From Azolla caroliniana (lineage: Eukaryota; Plantae; Polypodiophyta), in contig JBHGNT010000018.1 in the NCBI GenBank assembly GCA_043228905.1, positions 744,001 to 808,000 of the forward strand: a stretch of DNA of 64,000 nt, written 5' to 3'. The position numbers were made by a program, and so were the translations under genes. Positions 37,757-51,322 of this stretch are shown here, piece by piece (position 1 is the first letter of the stretch; each line of letters begins with the position of its first letter). Below the pieces are notes generated by a model. That model saw nothing but the letters and a program-made list of their open reading frames with translations, was not told where the DNA came from and did no database searches.

Positions 37757-38981
37757 GAAGAGTGCTAGTTTTGTTCCACATACAAACGGCTCTCTACAAC
37801 ACCACTAGTGGAATACTAGGATATATTGAAGCAAGAGTGTTAGATATGGGTTGAGGTAGAGTGCACATATTCAGTGGTCTGGCCAATATTACGAGCAACA
37901 ATGAAAAAGTTGGGAAAGATCTTGGTGCCTCCTAATGCTAATGCACAAAACTAATATCGTAAGTGTGTTCTTTGTAATACCGCTCTAACGAGGCCAAGTT
38001 GTTTGCAAATTGCATGCTCTAGTATGCCTCTTATTTATTTTCGGCTTAAATGGGGTACATTTGCAAGACATTGTTTCCATTGTGGTGTGTTAGGGCATTT
38101 AATGGCCGAGTGTCCTCAAAAAAGAAATAATATAGTGGAAGTTGTACAAGAAGAGTCTACATGTCATAATTAGATTCAAACTTTGACAATCTTAGAGAAA
38201 ATAAAGAAACAACAGATTGTGAATGACTTGAATGATGGAAAGCCTTTAGAGGAGAAGGACAATGATCAATAGTTACTGGAAAGAATAAGAAATTTAATAA
38301 GAATATTGGGCATAATGTATCTATGGAGAAGGTAACACTGATTCAATAAACAAATTCCATGAGGAATAGACCATTGGGTCATCATGAGGTCTTTTCAAAA
38401 CAATTGTCTTTTGATCATAACGGTAATTTGTATTTTCCTTGGAGTAAACAGAAATTGGTGCCTTGTTTAATAGGAGGAGCCATCCAGGTCTGAAGTTTTG
38501 CATTCCCCTAACAATTCTTATGCAATCTTAGGGGATTTATTTCAAGATATAGATAGTGAAGGAGAAGGAGAATTCCTGGAGAAAAGGAAAAAATAAAGTA
38601 TGAAGATCACCACATGGAATGTAAGGGGATTGTGTTCTAGATTTAGAGTGCATGAGGTTTGGAGGATTGTGTTGAATGAGCAATGGGATGTTTTATCTGT
38701 AGTAGAGCATAAAGATCATTGTAATGTTGGATTAATTAGTTATTTAAGGGTTTACATTATGTTATGTTGGCAATGTTATGTTGAAGTTATGTTAAGGGAT
38801 GTATGGAAATGGATCAGGGGAGATGAACCAAGTTATACCTTTCAATCGGTTCAATATAAGGATACTCTGAGTATTTTGGATATTTTAGTTTCTTAGGTCA
38901 ATTATATTAGATCGTTCCCCATTAAGTTTTGAATTCACTCACTACGCAGACCTTTTCACGAATTCTTAGGAAAACCACCGT

Positions 38982-40397
38982 TGTCGTGAAGATTTTCGGC
39001 AATGGTGTGAAAATCGCATAAAACATACGAAATCGAGTATGAATCATATAAAACAATAATAGTGAAAATACTATTTTAAATAAGTTTAATATCTTAGTAC
39101 AAAAAGATGGAGGTCTTCAAGAACTTTCGAATGCACTTTACTACATAAGAAACGAACATCTAAGTCTCAAGTTATGTGGGTAGGAAGTTTGCAAAGGAAA
39201 AGAGAAAGATAAAACTATGAAATATCCCAGATAAACAGGACAAATAAGGATCTCACCATATATAATGCAAAGCAAAAGTTATTATCTTTGTGTTTAAGTG
39301 TGGAGCATAGAGAGTTCAAGGTGACTTGAACTAAGCTAATTGGATGAGTGGGTGTGGCCTAGCTACTTGTAAAGCTTTTGGCCAACCAAAGCCGGCGGCA
39401 TCTGGCGACGGAACCGCGACTGGCCGGTGACTGGCAAGCAACTCGGGATGCGGATTGGGCTGGACCAAACGGATGCAAATCGGACGGATCGGTCGGGTCG
39501 GTTGATCGCGGTGCATGGTGTCTTAAAGATATTTGGTCCAAAAGCCTAATAGTATTTTGTGCATAAAAGAAAAGATTTAAGCAAGACTCAAACTTAGCAC
39601 CTCGAAGATAGGTAGCAAGAGGCTTACCATTAAGCCAAATCATTTCCTTAGGGTTATAGCTTTACATGTAAATTCTCATATTAGAGCTTGATTGAGTGAC
39701 ATGTGATGCATGAGTGCCAAATGGCAAACATGCATCACATGCATCCATCACATGCATTGTATGCATGCCTTGTACCCTCATATGCATGAGAGCATCTATA
39801 AAACGGATGCAAATCGGACGGATCAGTCGGGTCGGTTGATCGCGGTGCATGGTGTCTTAAAGATATTTGATCCAAAAGCCTAATAGTATTTTGTGCATAA
39901 AAGAAAAGAGATGTAAGCAAGACTCAAACTTAGCACCTCGAAGATAGGCAGCAAGAGGCTTACCATTAAGCCAAATCATTTCCTTAGGGTTATAGCTTTA
40001 CATGTAAATTCTCATATTAGAGCTTGATTGAGTGACATGTGATGCATGAGTGCCAAATGGCAAACATGCATCACATGCATTGTATGCATGTCTTGTACCC
40101 TCATATGCATGAGAGCATCTATAAAAGGGTGGATGAAAAAGATCAAAGAGAGCTTTGTACTTTATATCAAAATTAATATTAACAAGAAAATTTGTTATCC
40201 AATTAATGTATTAATCAAGAAATTAAATGTACGAAATTTGATATCCAATTGATGTATCAATCTTGTTCTTAAAATTTGAAGTCAAGAGTTCAATCTTAAT
40301 CTCTTTCAATCTATCTTAATTCCTTTCTCGCTAAAGCTAGTGCAAACTTCGAGTCCTTCCGGTCCAAAACCCCGGTGGTTCCGCCTCATAATCCGCG
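38982..40397 (+). mobile_element. LTR of the TGTCGTG Ty3 group (related to the 29181 solo LTR) inserted in the LINE; 3' tip missing
   Basis: TGTCGTGAAGATTTTCGG..TGGTGTGAAAATC start preceded by CCGT; 3' part matches 30000-30090; LINE frame FLGKPP...FNSS is split here. Confidence 0.8.
39467..40122. repeat. Tandem duplication (~334 bp x2) inside the LTR
   Basis: aaacggatgcaaatcggacggatc... starts at 39467 and 39801; both units end gagagcatctata. Confidence 0.92.
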
Positions 40398-43245
40398 CGT
40401 AGTGACGGATCTTCAATTCATCATTTTTGGATCTTGAGGTATTCCATGCCTATCCGTGTCAATTGATTGATGTATTTGCCTATCATGTTCAATTTGATGG
40501 GTATGAAGCGTGGGAAGTATTTGTTGCAAATGTTCAGAAGTTACCTAGATATTATGGAATTCACCGTGCCTTTAGAAGGAGAAAGAAATTAAGTCTCCTA
40601 GTTAGTTTGCTTGATAAATGTAACTCATTGTTAACTTATTGGCCAACAGATGTAGAGTTGATGGGATATGAAGAGGTATTAATTTTTGTGATGCATGATC
40701 TTATAACAAAAAATTATCAACATGCTAGACAACATTGTCTAAGACGAGTGGAGGATGCACATACACAACATGATGTGGTAAGGTTAGAGGATAATGGTAT
40801 AATGTGTTTTGATCCTTGAGAAATTGTGAAGAAATTCATAGAATATTATATACAATTGTTGGGTGTACAACTGTGTATCCATGATAATGTTAAAATGATA
40901 GAGATATATTTTTCAATGGAGTGAATAATCATGTATCACACATGATGTGGCACAAGCATTAGATGTTGAGATTTCAGAGGATGAGGTGGAACATGTCATG
41001 TCACATCTTGCTAATGATAACAATTCAGGGTGGAATAGAATAACAAATAAACTTTTTACGAAATGCGTAATTAAGTTAAAAGGTGTGGCATCAGGGAAAT
41101 ACACCATTCTTGGAAGATTGGTTTCATAAAGTTTTTGCCAAAGCTGCCTTCTCCATCTTCCTTTTCTCAGTGGAGGCCTATTTCATTGAATGGGGGAATG
41201 TACAAAATGTTTGCAAAAGTGATGGCCAGTAGAGTACATCAAGTTTTACCTTCTATTATTCATAATGCTCAATATGGGTTCTAAGCAAAAAGAGAAATTT
41301 TACATAAAGGAGTACTGGCCATATGAAATTGATTATATAAATGAGTCTAAACAAGAATTGGTGTTAATATTGAGAAAGTCTATGATAATATGGATTGGTC
41401 ATTTATAAATTAGTTGATGTCTCATATTAATTTTGTTAATCATATGTTAAGTTGATATACACATTAGGTTAGGGTTTGTTTTCACATGTGATGTTTAATG
41501 GAGGAGCAACACAACCTATTTCTATTTGGAGATCAGTTTGACAAGGATTCCTGGTTAGCCATTTACTATTCACTATTGTGACACATCCTATTCTTGTTAA
41601 ATTACACAACACAGCTATGGTGGAAGAATTGCTTGGACTAAGGTTGCCATCAAGGAAGCCATGTATTGTTCAAGCTCTCGTCGATGACCATATCATATTT
41701 TTGAAACCTAATCGGAAAAATTTAGTAAGACAAGATATGTGTGGGAATTGTTTTCAATGCTTCGGAGTTGACAATTAATATGCATAAATCTGTCCTCATT
41801 TCATGTACAGAATAAGATGTCTTAGGGTTGGGGTGGTCATGAAGGATAATACATTGTGGTATGATTTGTCGTCACCTTGGATATGTAATTGGGGTGGAAG
41901 TTTCTCGTATGAAACTTATTGAGTGGGTATCCAAAATGTTGGAGGTCTCAATTTTGGCTTTTTCATGTGCGTCTTAAGGTGATCCAATCAATTATGGTCT
42001 CTATGGTGTCTTATTATCTTCCTTTGCCACCATGGTCGAAGAAAGCTCTTCAAATGGTGTCACACTCAATGCAGATTTTGTTATGGAAAAAAAGGGAAAA
42101 GGGCCTTGACGTGGTTGGTATGAGATCATGATTGTACTTCGAAGTGTTTCGGTGGGGCATCAATATTGAATTTATATGAGCATATGGTCGCTCATCGATT
42201 TACTTTCATTCAATTTATGTTTGAGGGTGTACAACCTTGGACAGAAATAATGGCATACTTTATACAGAAGACAAGAATTAAGCTTGGAAACATGACAATT
42301 GAAACTAATTGGCTTAATGTCATTAATTCTGAACATGATGTTCAATTTAATCGGGTGGTTAGATTGGGTTTGGTGATAGTCAAGGATGCTATGTTGGTGT
42401 CACAAAGATGATTAATGGCCTTTCAAACAGCAAGAGCAAGATTTCGTATTCCAAAATATTATACCTTTATCTAGTATAAGTTGTAAGAATTACTATCTTC
42501 GTATGAGCCAATTCCTAATTTAGGTGGGGGATTGACAAACATAAGTGGATGGAAGAAATGGTTGTATGGATATGGGGGTTTTGTAAGCCCATTACCTGGT
42601 GGTTTCATGTGATCAAGGCAAGTTGGTGATCTCAATTGATGCTACAAGCTAAGGTATTCATTTGGAGAGTTATGGTTGGAGCTTTACTATTGGGTGATGC
42701 ACTAAAAAAAAGAAACACTCCTAGAGGAATGTATTTCTTTTGTTCGATAGAATTGGAACATAGTAGGCATCCATTTCTTTCATGCTCGATGGCTATGATG
42801 GTTTGGGGGTATATCAATTTAGTGTGGATGTCTCTAACTAGAGTAAGCATATCTCGCTTCAGTAAGGTTTTTGCACATCTGAAGAACAATGAACCGATGC
42901 GTCATTTCCAAATTATTTTTGACCTCTTAAGGGATTGGGGGCTATGGTTCAATTGGAATATGCAAAATGCTTTCACTTTTGATTCGCAAGTTGGGGTGAG
43001 AAAATATATTGTAAAGTTAAAAAGGAATTTTTGGCAATTGACAATGCTAGAGAAGTCGCAAAATCTCAACCATGATGAGAGAGAACTTTGCAAGGTCACA
43101 TATAATCATATTTGTTATTTGATTTGGCGTGTAAGGTGGCGTTGAGTTTGTACCCGTAGTAGTATTTAGCTCCCAAGAAGGGTTCTATAATCTGTAGTAA
43201 GTCATGGTGGTGTTTTTTTTTCTGTGATGAAAGCCATTATTTACG

Positions 43246-43250
<5 letters not shown>

Positions 43251-43330
<80 letters not shown>
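43251..43330. repeat. (AG)40 microsatellite between two LINEs
   Basis: Directly visible. Confidence 0.97.
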
Positions 43331-43333
<3 letters not shown>

Positions 43334-45979
43334 CAAGAGTGGAGAGGGGAAGAAGAAGAAGCAAATTTGTTTTTATTGTTATGCTCTCAATTGGCAACGG
43401 AATTTGGCACATAGATAAGTGTTGGAAAGCCCTTGATTAGAGCTTCGTAAAGAGATATAGCAAGTTTAATTTGGTGGTTTGTACTGGAAGCTAGTAATTA
43501 AGAATCGTGTGTTGTCGGCATACACATATTCAACACGCATTGCAGGCCTCTGATTGTCTTCTTCATCTTTGATCTCTTCAATCGACTGAGTTTTGGTTTT
43601 CTCTCTTGTTCATGGAAAATTGTTTTTATCCCCTATCGATATCACATCAAGAATAATGGATATAAACATGAATTCCTCATCAATTGTCGGGGACATTGAT
43701 CAAGGCACCATTGGCCTAATAAAGACTAATGTAATGATTGAATGTAATCGTGAAAAGGAAGAATTTCGAAGCTCTAAGAAGTTTAAAGGCATTGAGGAAA
43801 TGAATGAGAAGAAATTGACATGCGTCGAAGCAATACATGTAGATGAAGTTGACAAGGATCATCTTAATAGAGATAATTTATGGGGAATTGCCAATACCTT
43901 GTTGTATGATATTGTGGAAGAAAATGAAAATGTTGCAAAAGAATGCATTGATGTGGAAGTTTATGCTAAGGTAGTGTTGCAATCTTTTGATGTATCGATG
44001 ACCGTGCGGTTATATTATTTTGAATTGAATTAATTGAATTAAACAATGCTTGAACACAATCGTGTCGTCGAATGGTGTTGAGAATATATATGCAGGACCA
44101 CGAGGGTTTTATGATGTAGTATTTCGTTCCCATGAACATCAAAGTGCATTGTTGGCTAAAGTTCTGGTTTTTTTTATAAACATTTACCAGAGTTAATGAG
44201 TCAAATGGGTAAAGTGTTGGTACCTCCATATGCAAATGCTACAAATAAGTGCAGATTTTGTGTGTTATGGGATACAAGTCATAAGAGGCCAATATGGGTG
44301 AGGATGAACACACTTAGTATGAAAAGACTTTGTTTTAAATTGAAGTTTGTAGGTCATTGTTTTGGATGAGGTGAATGGGGTCACTTAAAGGCAGAATGTC
44401 ATCGTCATTGTCCTTCAACTTTGGAGGTTCCTAATGAAGGAAATGGTAAGGAAGGAGTTGAGAGAGATGTTGGAGTGTTAGATATTGTGGTTGTTATGGA
44501 TGAAGGGACATCTTCTAGAATTGGTGATAAAGAGGCCTCACTTCAAGGTTTGGGCCATAAGAATAAGGGAACTCAATCTATGGGTATGGAAAATCAAAGT
44601 TTAGTGCTTAAAGATCAGGGGAAAAAACCATTGGATATAACTGGTATTGATGTAATTGTTATTGATCAAGATTGGCATATGAATGTAAAGAGCAAATCAA
44701 AGGGGAACCAATGAATATGCAACGTAATCGTCTACCCAGTACTCGTGAGACTACTTGACAAGGTAATTCAGGAACTCGGGAGGGTCCTCGAAAAGTTCCT
44801 TGGCAACGACAATTTAGTGATAAGGGATTACCCCTTCAACGTCAATTTGATTCATAGGGATGAGTTGTAAATTCATCGAATTCTTGAGGTTTTCGTCAAG
44901 CTGGATCTAAACAAAAGATTTCGATAGACGTCCCTAAGGATGTGGTGCATGAAAATCAATATGCAACATTGGAACATGCTTTAACTAATTTCATGACATC
45001 AATTCCTCTAAAGGAGCAAGTGCACCCATAACTTTGTCGATTGAATGAAAGTGGTAACATGGAATGTGAGAGGGGCATGTTCTCCTCATAAGAAGTATAT
45101 ATCATGGGAAACTTTGTTAAGCAGAGAATGGGATATATTATGTGCAGTTGAGCATAAGTGTCATGAGTTAGCATGATCTACTGTTCATTTGTGTGGATAT
45201 TCATCATTCTATGCATGACATCTTAATAATCATTATTCAGGTGTGGTATTAATCATGTGGGATAAATATTATCCTCAAGTGGTGCATAATGATCTTTATG
45301 GTCGGTTTTTTGTTATAGAAATCACTTTCTTGGCCAAGTTGTTGTTGGGATTACGGTCCCTCCGGATGGGATGGTCAGATGTCCGGGAATCGGGAATGAA
45401 GACCCGAATGAGGAGTACCCGGTATCGGAACCGGATGGTGAAGACCCGGTTACGGAGCCGGATGACGAATGTACCCGGAGAGAGATCCGGATGCGGGGAC
45501 ATATTTGTGAATATGTTTGCCAAGGGCCCTCGAGGCTATATTTGTAAATAGCCCGAAAGTCATATGTGTATAAATATGACTTAGGGCAAACAGTTTTGTT
45601 GTTGTTGCTCATTTTTCTGTTTTCCACTTAGAGGGAGCGAAGTGAGAGCAGCCGAGAGAGAGAGTGAGAGAGAGAGAAAGGAAGAGGTCGACGCCTCTGT
45701 GTAATACCGCCGCCTGTGGCGAGGACAGCGAGCTCAAGGTCGTCGCCTTGCAGCTCGCCATTGTACATTCCCTGCGTATAGTGATAGTTGGAGTCTTGCA
45801 CTCCCGTGGTTTTTCCCGTCTAGGGTTTTCCACGCTAAACCCTGTGCATTCGAGTCTCTCTCTGTGTTTTCGATTTACTGCTGCATTGATTCGTGTTTCC
45901 TCGGTTGTGGCCGAGAGGTGAAGGTTTTGAAAGCGCCAATTTCTAACAATCTGGTATCAGAGCGACTGCAGTGCAGAAA

Positions 45980-48900
45980 ATGGAAGGCGGCAGCAGCGGG
46001 CAGCCGGGGATGATGGTGCTGAATGCGCAGAACTACGCCGACTGGAAGATAAAGATGGAGGATCTGCTCATTGTTCGGGACCTGTATGAACCGATCGACA
46101 GGTCGGAAATACCCAAGGGGGTACTTGAGACGGAATGGAGGCTTCTGAACCGGAAAGCCGTTGCAACCATTCGGCAATACGTCGACGTGAGCGTTCTACA
46201 ACATGTGGCGAACGACACCAACGCATATGAGATGTGGCAGAAGCTGTCGGGCCTCTACGAGAGGAAGAATGCGTTGAACCGGACCTCCCTGATGAGGAAG
46301 ATAGTGAACCTCAAGTACCGGGACGACGAGAGTATGGTGGAACACGTGAGCACGTTCATGGGATTCGTGAACCAGCTTGCGGCGATCAAGTTCCCGTTGG
46401 AGGATGCAATGCAAGCCATCATGCTGATGTGTACACTGCCGGAAAGCTGGGAGAACTTGGTGGTGACTCTCAGCACCTCCTGCACCGAAGATAACTTGTC
46501 CCTACAAATGGTAAAGACAAGCATTTTGAATGAAGAAGCGCGTCGGAGAGATAAAGAACCGGCCTCTGATCCGAAGATGCTGCTTACCGAATTGGATCGG
46601 GGAAGACAACGGAACCGGAGTCCGCAAAGACGGGAGAAGTCGGGGACCCGGTCGCAGTCAAGAGGAAGGCCCACATGCTTCCACTGTGGGAAGCCGGGGC
46701 ACTTCCGAAAGAATTGTCGGCATTACCGAAAAGACAACGGAGCCGACGACACCGATTCGAAGAAGTCTTCGGAACGGAACGGTGCTTACCGGGGAGCCAC
46801 GGACCGGAATGGTTCGGATTGGCGAGGGCAGGACCGGAAAGGAACGACGGCACTCGCGGCAAGTGAAGAGGAGATCATGCTCATCACCGAAGAAGGTGAA
46901 CTAAACATTGCCGGCGATGAGACTACCTGGGTGGTCGATTCCGGAGCGTCGTTCCACCTGACCCCGGAAAGAAGATACTTCTCATCCTACACAGCCGGTG
47001 AGCATGGCTGTGTTCGGATGGGAAATGAAGGTACGTGCCGGATTGCCGGCATAGGAGACGTGTGGTTGACAACCTCGACCGGATGCAAAATGTTGCTGAA
47101 GGATGTCCGACACGTTCCGGAGGTTCGATTGAACCTGATTTCGGCCGGGAGGCTAGACGATGAAGGCTACACAGGTAGCATCCGGAACTGTGTAATGAAG
47201 TTCAGCAAGGGGAGCCTGATAGTGGCTCGGGCCCGGAAAGTCAACACACTGTACCTTATGAATGCCTGGTTGTGTCCGGAGGAGTTGAACGTGGCAGCCG
47301 ACACTGCCGGTGAGATGTGGCACAAGAGACTGTGCCACATGAGTGAGAAGGGGATGAAGAGGCTTGCAGAAGACAACCTTATTCCAGTGAAGCATGTGCA
47401 CCTGGACAAGTGCACCGATTGCCTGGCCGGTAAGCAGAACCGAACCTCCTTCCACTCAAGGCCACCGACGAGACGTAGCGCACCATTGGAGTTGGTGCAC
47501 ACTGACGTGTGTCAAGTAGAAACGAAGTCACATGGCGGAGCTCGGTACTTCGTGACATTCATTGATGACCACAGCCGGAAGCTGTGGACGGCACCGTTGA
47601 AGACAAAGGACCAAGTGTTGTGCGTCTTCAAAGAACTCCACGCGAGAGTGGAAAGGGAATCCGGCAAGAAGCTGAAAGCGATACGAGCGGATAACGGAGG
47701 GGAATACCGGGGGCAGTTCGAGGAGTACTGTCACTCGAAGGGAATCCGGCTCGAGTTTACTGTGCCGAAGACGCCGAAACTGAACGGGCTGGCCGAGAGG
47801 ATGAACCGGACCATAATGGAGAGGGTCCGGAGTATGCTGGCGCATGCGAAATTACCCAAGGGGTTTTGGGCTGAGGCAATGTCGACGGCTACATACGTGA
47901 TAAACAGATCACCCTCAGTACCTTTGGACGGAGACACGCCACAGAGAGTGTGGACCGGTAGGGAAGTATCCTACCGGCATCTGAAGGTGTTCAGGTGTCT
48001 CGCATATGTGCATGTGGCAAAGGACCGGAGAGGAAAGCTAGATCCAAAGACCCGGCCATGCATATTCCTCGGTTACGGCGATGACGTGTTCGGCTACCGA
48101 GTATGGGACCCGGTCGACAAAAAGATATTCCGGAGTCGTGATATCATCTTCATGGAGGACAAGACACTCGCCGACTGGGAGTCGGAAAAGAAGATGAAGA
48201 GCTCCAAGTCGACCGGTGAGGATCAACTCTACGAGGAGCAGTCCCGACCGGCAAGGGACCGGTTAGCACTCGAGGATCCGGCCAAAGACGGTGAAGAAAT
48301 AGAACCGGCCGAGGAAGATGAAACTGATACCGGAACCAGCCCCGATCCCGGAATGGATTCGGATGAAGAGGAAACAGAGGAGCCGGTTATCGAAGCTCCG
48401 GAACGGAGATATCCTCTAAGAGAGAGAAGGGCCCCCCGGAGATTTCCGGAACCAGAGCACGTGCTGCTAACCGACGAGGGGGAGCCAGAGAGTTTTGAAG
48501 AAGCAAAGCTTGACACCCATAGCCGCAGGTGGTTAAGTGCCATGCAGGAGGAGATGGATTCCCTGCATGAGAACCACACATATGAACTTGTGGAGTTGCC
48601 GAAAGGAAAGCGGGCACTTCGAAACAAGTGGGTGTTCAAGCTGAAACCGGGAGATGCCAGAAACCCCCCGAGATACAAAGCCAGGATCGTGGTGAAGGGG
48701 TTCCAACAGAAGAAGGGCGTCGACTTCGACGAGATATTTGCCCCGGTAGTGAAGATGACCTTCATCCGGACGGTGCTGAGCATAACGGCAAGCATGGACC
48801 TCGAGGTAGAACAGATGGACGTGAAGACGACATTCCTTCATGGTGACCTCGAAGAAGAGATCTACATGCAGCAACCGGAAGGATTCGAGAAGAAAGGGAA

Positions 48901-50857
48901 GGAGCACCTGGTATGCCGGTTGAAGAAGAGCCTTTACGGACTGAAGCAGGCTCCCCAGCAATGGTACCGGAAGTTCGACTCTTTAATGACCGACGAAGGG
49001 TACCACAAAACGCAGTCCGATCACTGCGTGTTTGTGAAGAAGTTCGAAGGAGGAGACTTTCTAATACTCCTCCTGTACGTGGACGACATGTTGATCGTCG
49101 GACGGGACCAGGTCAAGATACGGATGCTGAAGAAAGCGCTTCACCGAACCTTCTCAATGAAGGACCTGGGTCCGGCGAGGCAAATACTAGGGATGCACAT
49201 CATCCGGGACCGGAAGAAGAAGCAGTTGTGGCTGTCACAGGAGAAGTACGTTGTCGTGGAGAAAACCGTCCATAAGCGGAATCGGCACACCAAGGCGTGG
49301 GAACCGGTTCTTCACGCGCGCACGCTCCAAGTTGTACGTAGAAGCGAATTAGTAGGATAATCGGCAGGAACGGGCCCTAACACAAGTGGAGACAAAGACC
49401 GCGCGAACAGTCTTTTCGGTCGCGCGCGCGAGCTAAGGAACTGTACGAGTCGGCGGCGTAACTGCGCGGATGCGTGAAGAGCGGAGAGGATCCCTGTCCA
49501 AAAGGGACAGGGAATAAAGCTGACAGGACGGCCCGCTCGTCGGCCTATATAAGGAGCAGGAAAGAGCTGTTGCAAGGATCTCGGGGGGCAGAGAGGACGA
49601 AGTGCTGTCGGACCGTTTCTGGACGCTTCTCTCTCTGTTTCCTTCCTTCTTGAGCTCCATAGCTTTTCTGTGCAGGGTTCCGAGGAGGCTCGCGCTGTTT
49701 CGAGGAACGCCCGAGTGCTTCCGGCAGCACCTCCGACCGACCTGCTACCCCTTTGTGCGTCGAAGCGAACAGGCATCAGCATCTGTTCGCCGGCCTGTTC
49801 GGTTGTAACCAACCTGTGCCCCATCGAGGGTTGTAGTCGTGTTAGCCATTTTTCTTAATATACATATTTAGTCATTCGCATCTGTCTGTGTCGGTGTCTG
49901 TTCGCGTTCTCCGTGCTGAAGGGCCGTGTCCCTGTGTATCCCCGGTCCTGCGTAGCCGGTTCTCTCTCTTTCTCCTCCCTCGCTTGCTCTTTGGTTCGAG
50001 ACCCCCGCGGTCCCGCCTCGTTTCCACACGCACTTGCGAAATATCTCGACAACGTGACAAAGGTGCTTCACCGGTTCAACATGTCGGAAGCAAGACCGGT
50101 CGGGTCAACCCTCCCGGCAAACTGCAAGTTGTCCAGCAAGCAAAGCCCCAAGACAAAGGCTGAGAAGGAGGACATGATGAAAGTACCATATGCCTCTGCC
50201 GTCGGAAGCTTGATGTACGCAATGGTGTGTACAAGACCGGACATAGGATATGCAGTCGGAGTGGTGAGCCGGTACATGAGCAATCCCGGCAAAGAACACT
50301 GGAACGCGGCCAATTGGATACTCCGATACCTGAAGGGCACGACAAACGTGTGCCTCCGATTCGGCTCCGGTAAGCCCGAACTCGACGGCTTTACCGATTC
50401 GGATATGTCGGCTGATGCAGATACCAGCCGGTCCACATCAGGGTATGTGATGACGTATGCAGGGGGAGCTGTTTCGTGGTAGTCGAGGCTGCAGAAGACG
50501 GTTGCGTTGTCAACCACGGAGGCGGAGTACATGGCGGCTGTTGAAGCCGGCAAGGAAATAATATGGATGAAGGACTTCATTAGAGAGCTCGGTATCCGGC
50601 AGGAGGAGTACCGACTCTACTGCGACAGTCAGAGTGCCATCCACCTTGCGAAGAACGCGGCCTATCACTCCCGGACGAAGCACATCCAGCGAAGATATCA
50701 CTGGATCCGAGAAAGGGTAGAAGACCAGGAGTTCGTGCTGACGAAGATCCACACGGACGAGAACGGGTCAGATATGCTGACCAAAGTGCTCACACCCGAC
50801 AAGCTGGAAGCGTGCCGGAAGAGGGTCGGACTGGAAAGACATCCCATGCCGAAGTGA
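45980..50857 (+). pseudogene. gag-pol of G, interrupted in RT by a solo LTR and by a TAG at 50480-50482
   Basis: CFHCGKPGHFRKNC, WVVDSGAS, HKRLCH/C..C, integrase D-D-E, YVDD, RNase H; frame rejoins as QEKYV|TKVL across the insertion. Confidence 0.95.
49252..50051 (+). mobile_element. Solo LTR (800 bp) of the TGTCGTG Ty3 group inserted in G RT
   Basis: TGTCGTGGAGAAAACCGTCC...CTCGACA; 4-bp TSD ACGT; TATATAA near 49546; U5 motif gagacccc..ggtcccgcc. Confidence 0.92.
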
Positions 50858-51322
50858 AGGGGGAGTTTGTTGGGATTACGGTCCCTCCGGATGGGATGGT
50901 CAGATGTCCGGGAATCGGGAATGAAGACCCGAATGAGGAGTACCCGGTATCGGAACCGGATGGTGAAGACCCGGTTTCGGATCCAGATGATGAAGACCCG
51001 GTTACGGAGCCGGATGACGAATGTACCCGGAGAGAGATCCGGATGCGGGGACATATTTGTGAATATGTTTGCCAAGGGCCCTCGAGGCTATATTTGTAAA
51101 TAGCCCGAAAGTCATATGTGTATAAATATGACTTAGGGCAAACAGTTTTGTTGTTGTTGCTCATTTTTCTGTTTTCCACTTAGAGGGAGCGAAGTGAGAG
51201 CAGCCGAGAGAGAGAGTGAGAGAGAGAGAAAGGAAGAGGTCGACGCCTCTGTGTAATACCGCCGCCTGTGGCGAGGACAGCGAGCTCAAGGTCGTCGCCT
51301 TGCAGCTCGCCATTGTACATTC

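Larger units (their letters stand above)
37790..43200 (+). mobile_element. Decayed near-full-length LINE (ORF1 zinc knuckle; ORF2 APE-RT-zf)
   Basis: CFHCGVLGHLMAEC near 38071-38114; MKITTWNVRGL at 38600; QWRPISL near 41168; LVDD near 41680; KVFIWR..ALLLG..FFCS.ELE..RH.F.SC at 42650-42790; ends approximate. Confidence 0.85.

Noticed and set aside
38940-40404. CACTA transposon suggested by CACTACGC...GCGTAGTG
   Set aside because: Only an 8-9 bp inverted match and the TSD is imperfect (ACT/ACG). The left copy lies within continuous LINE coding sequence and the interior is a Ty3 LTR, so repair filler or chance is more likely.
30254-43418. Poly-(RE)/(SL) ORFs at 30254, 36557 and 43224
   Set aside because: Translations of (GA)n microsatellites.
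49252-49360. Novel C-terminus on the 1129-aa ORF
   Set aside because: Read-through into the inserted solo LTR.
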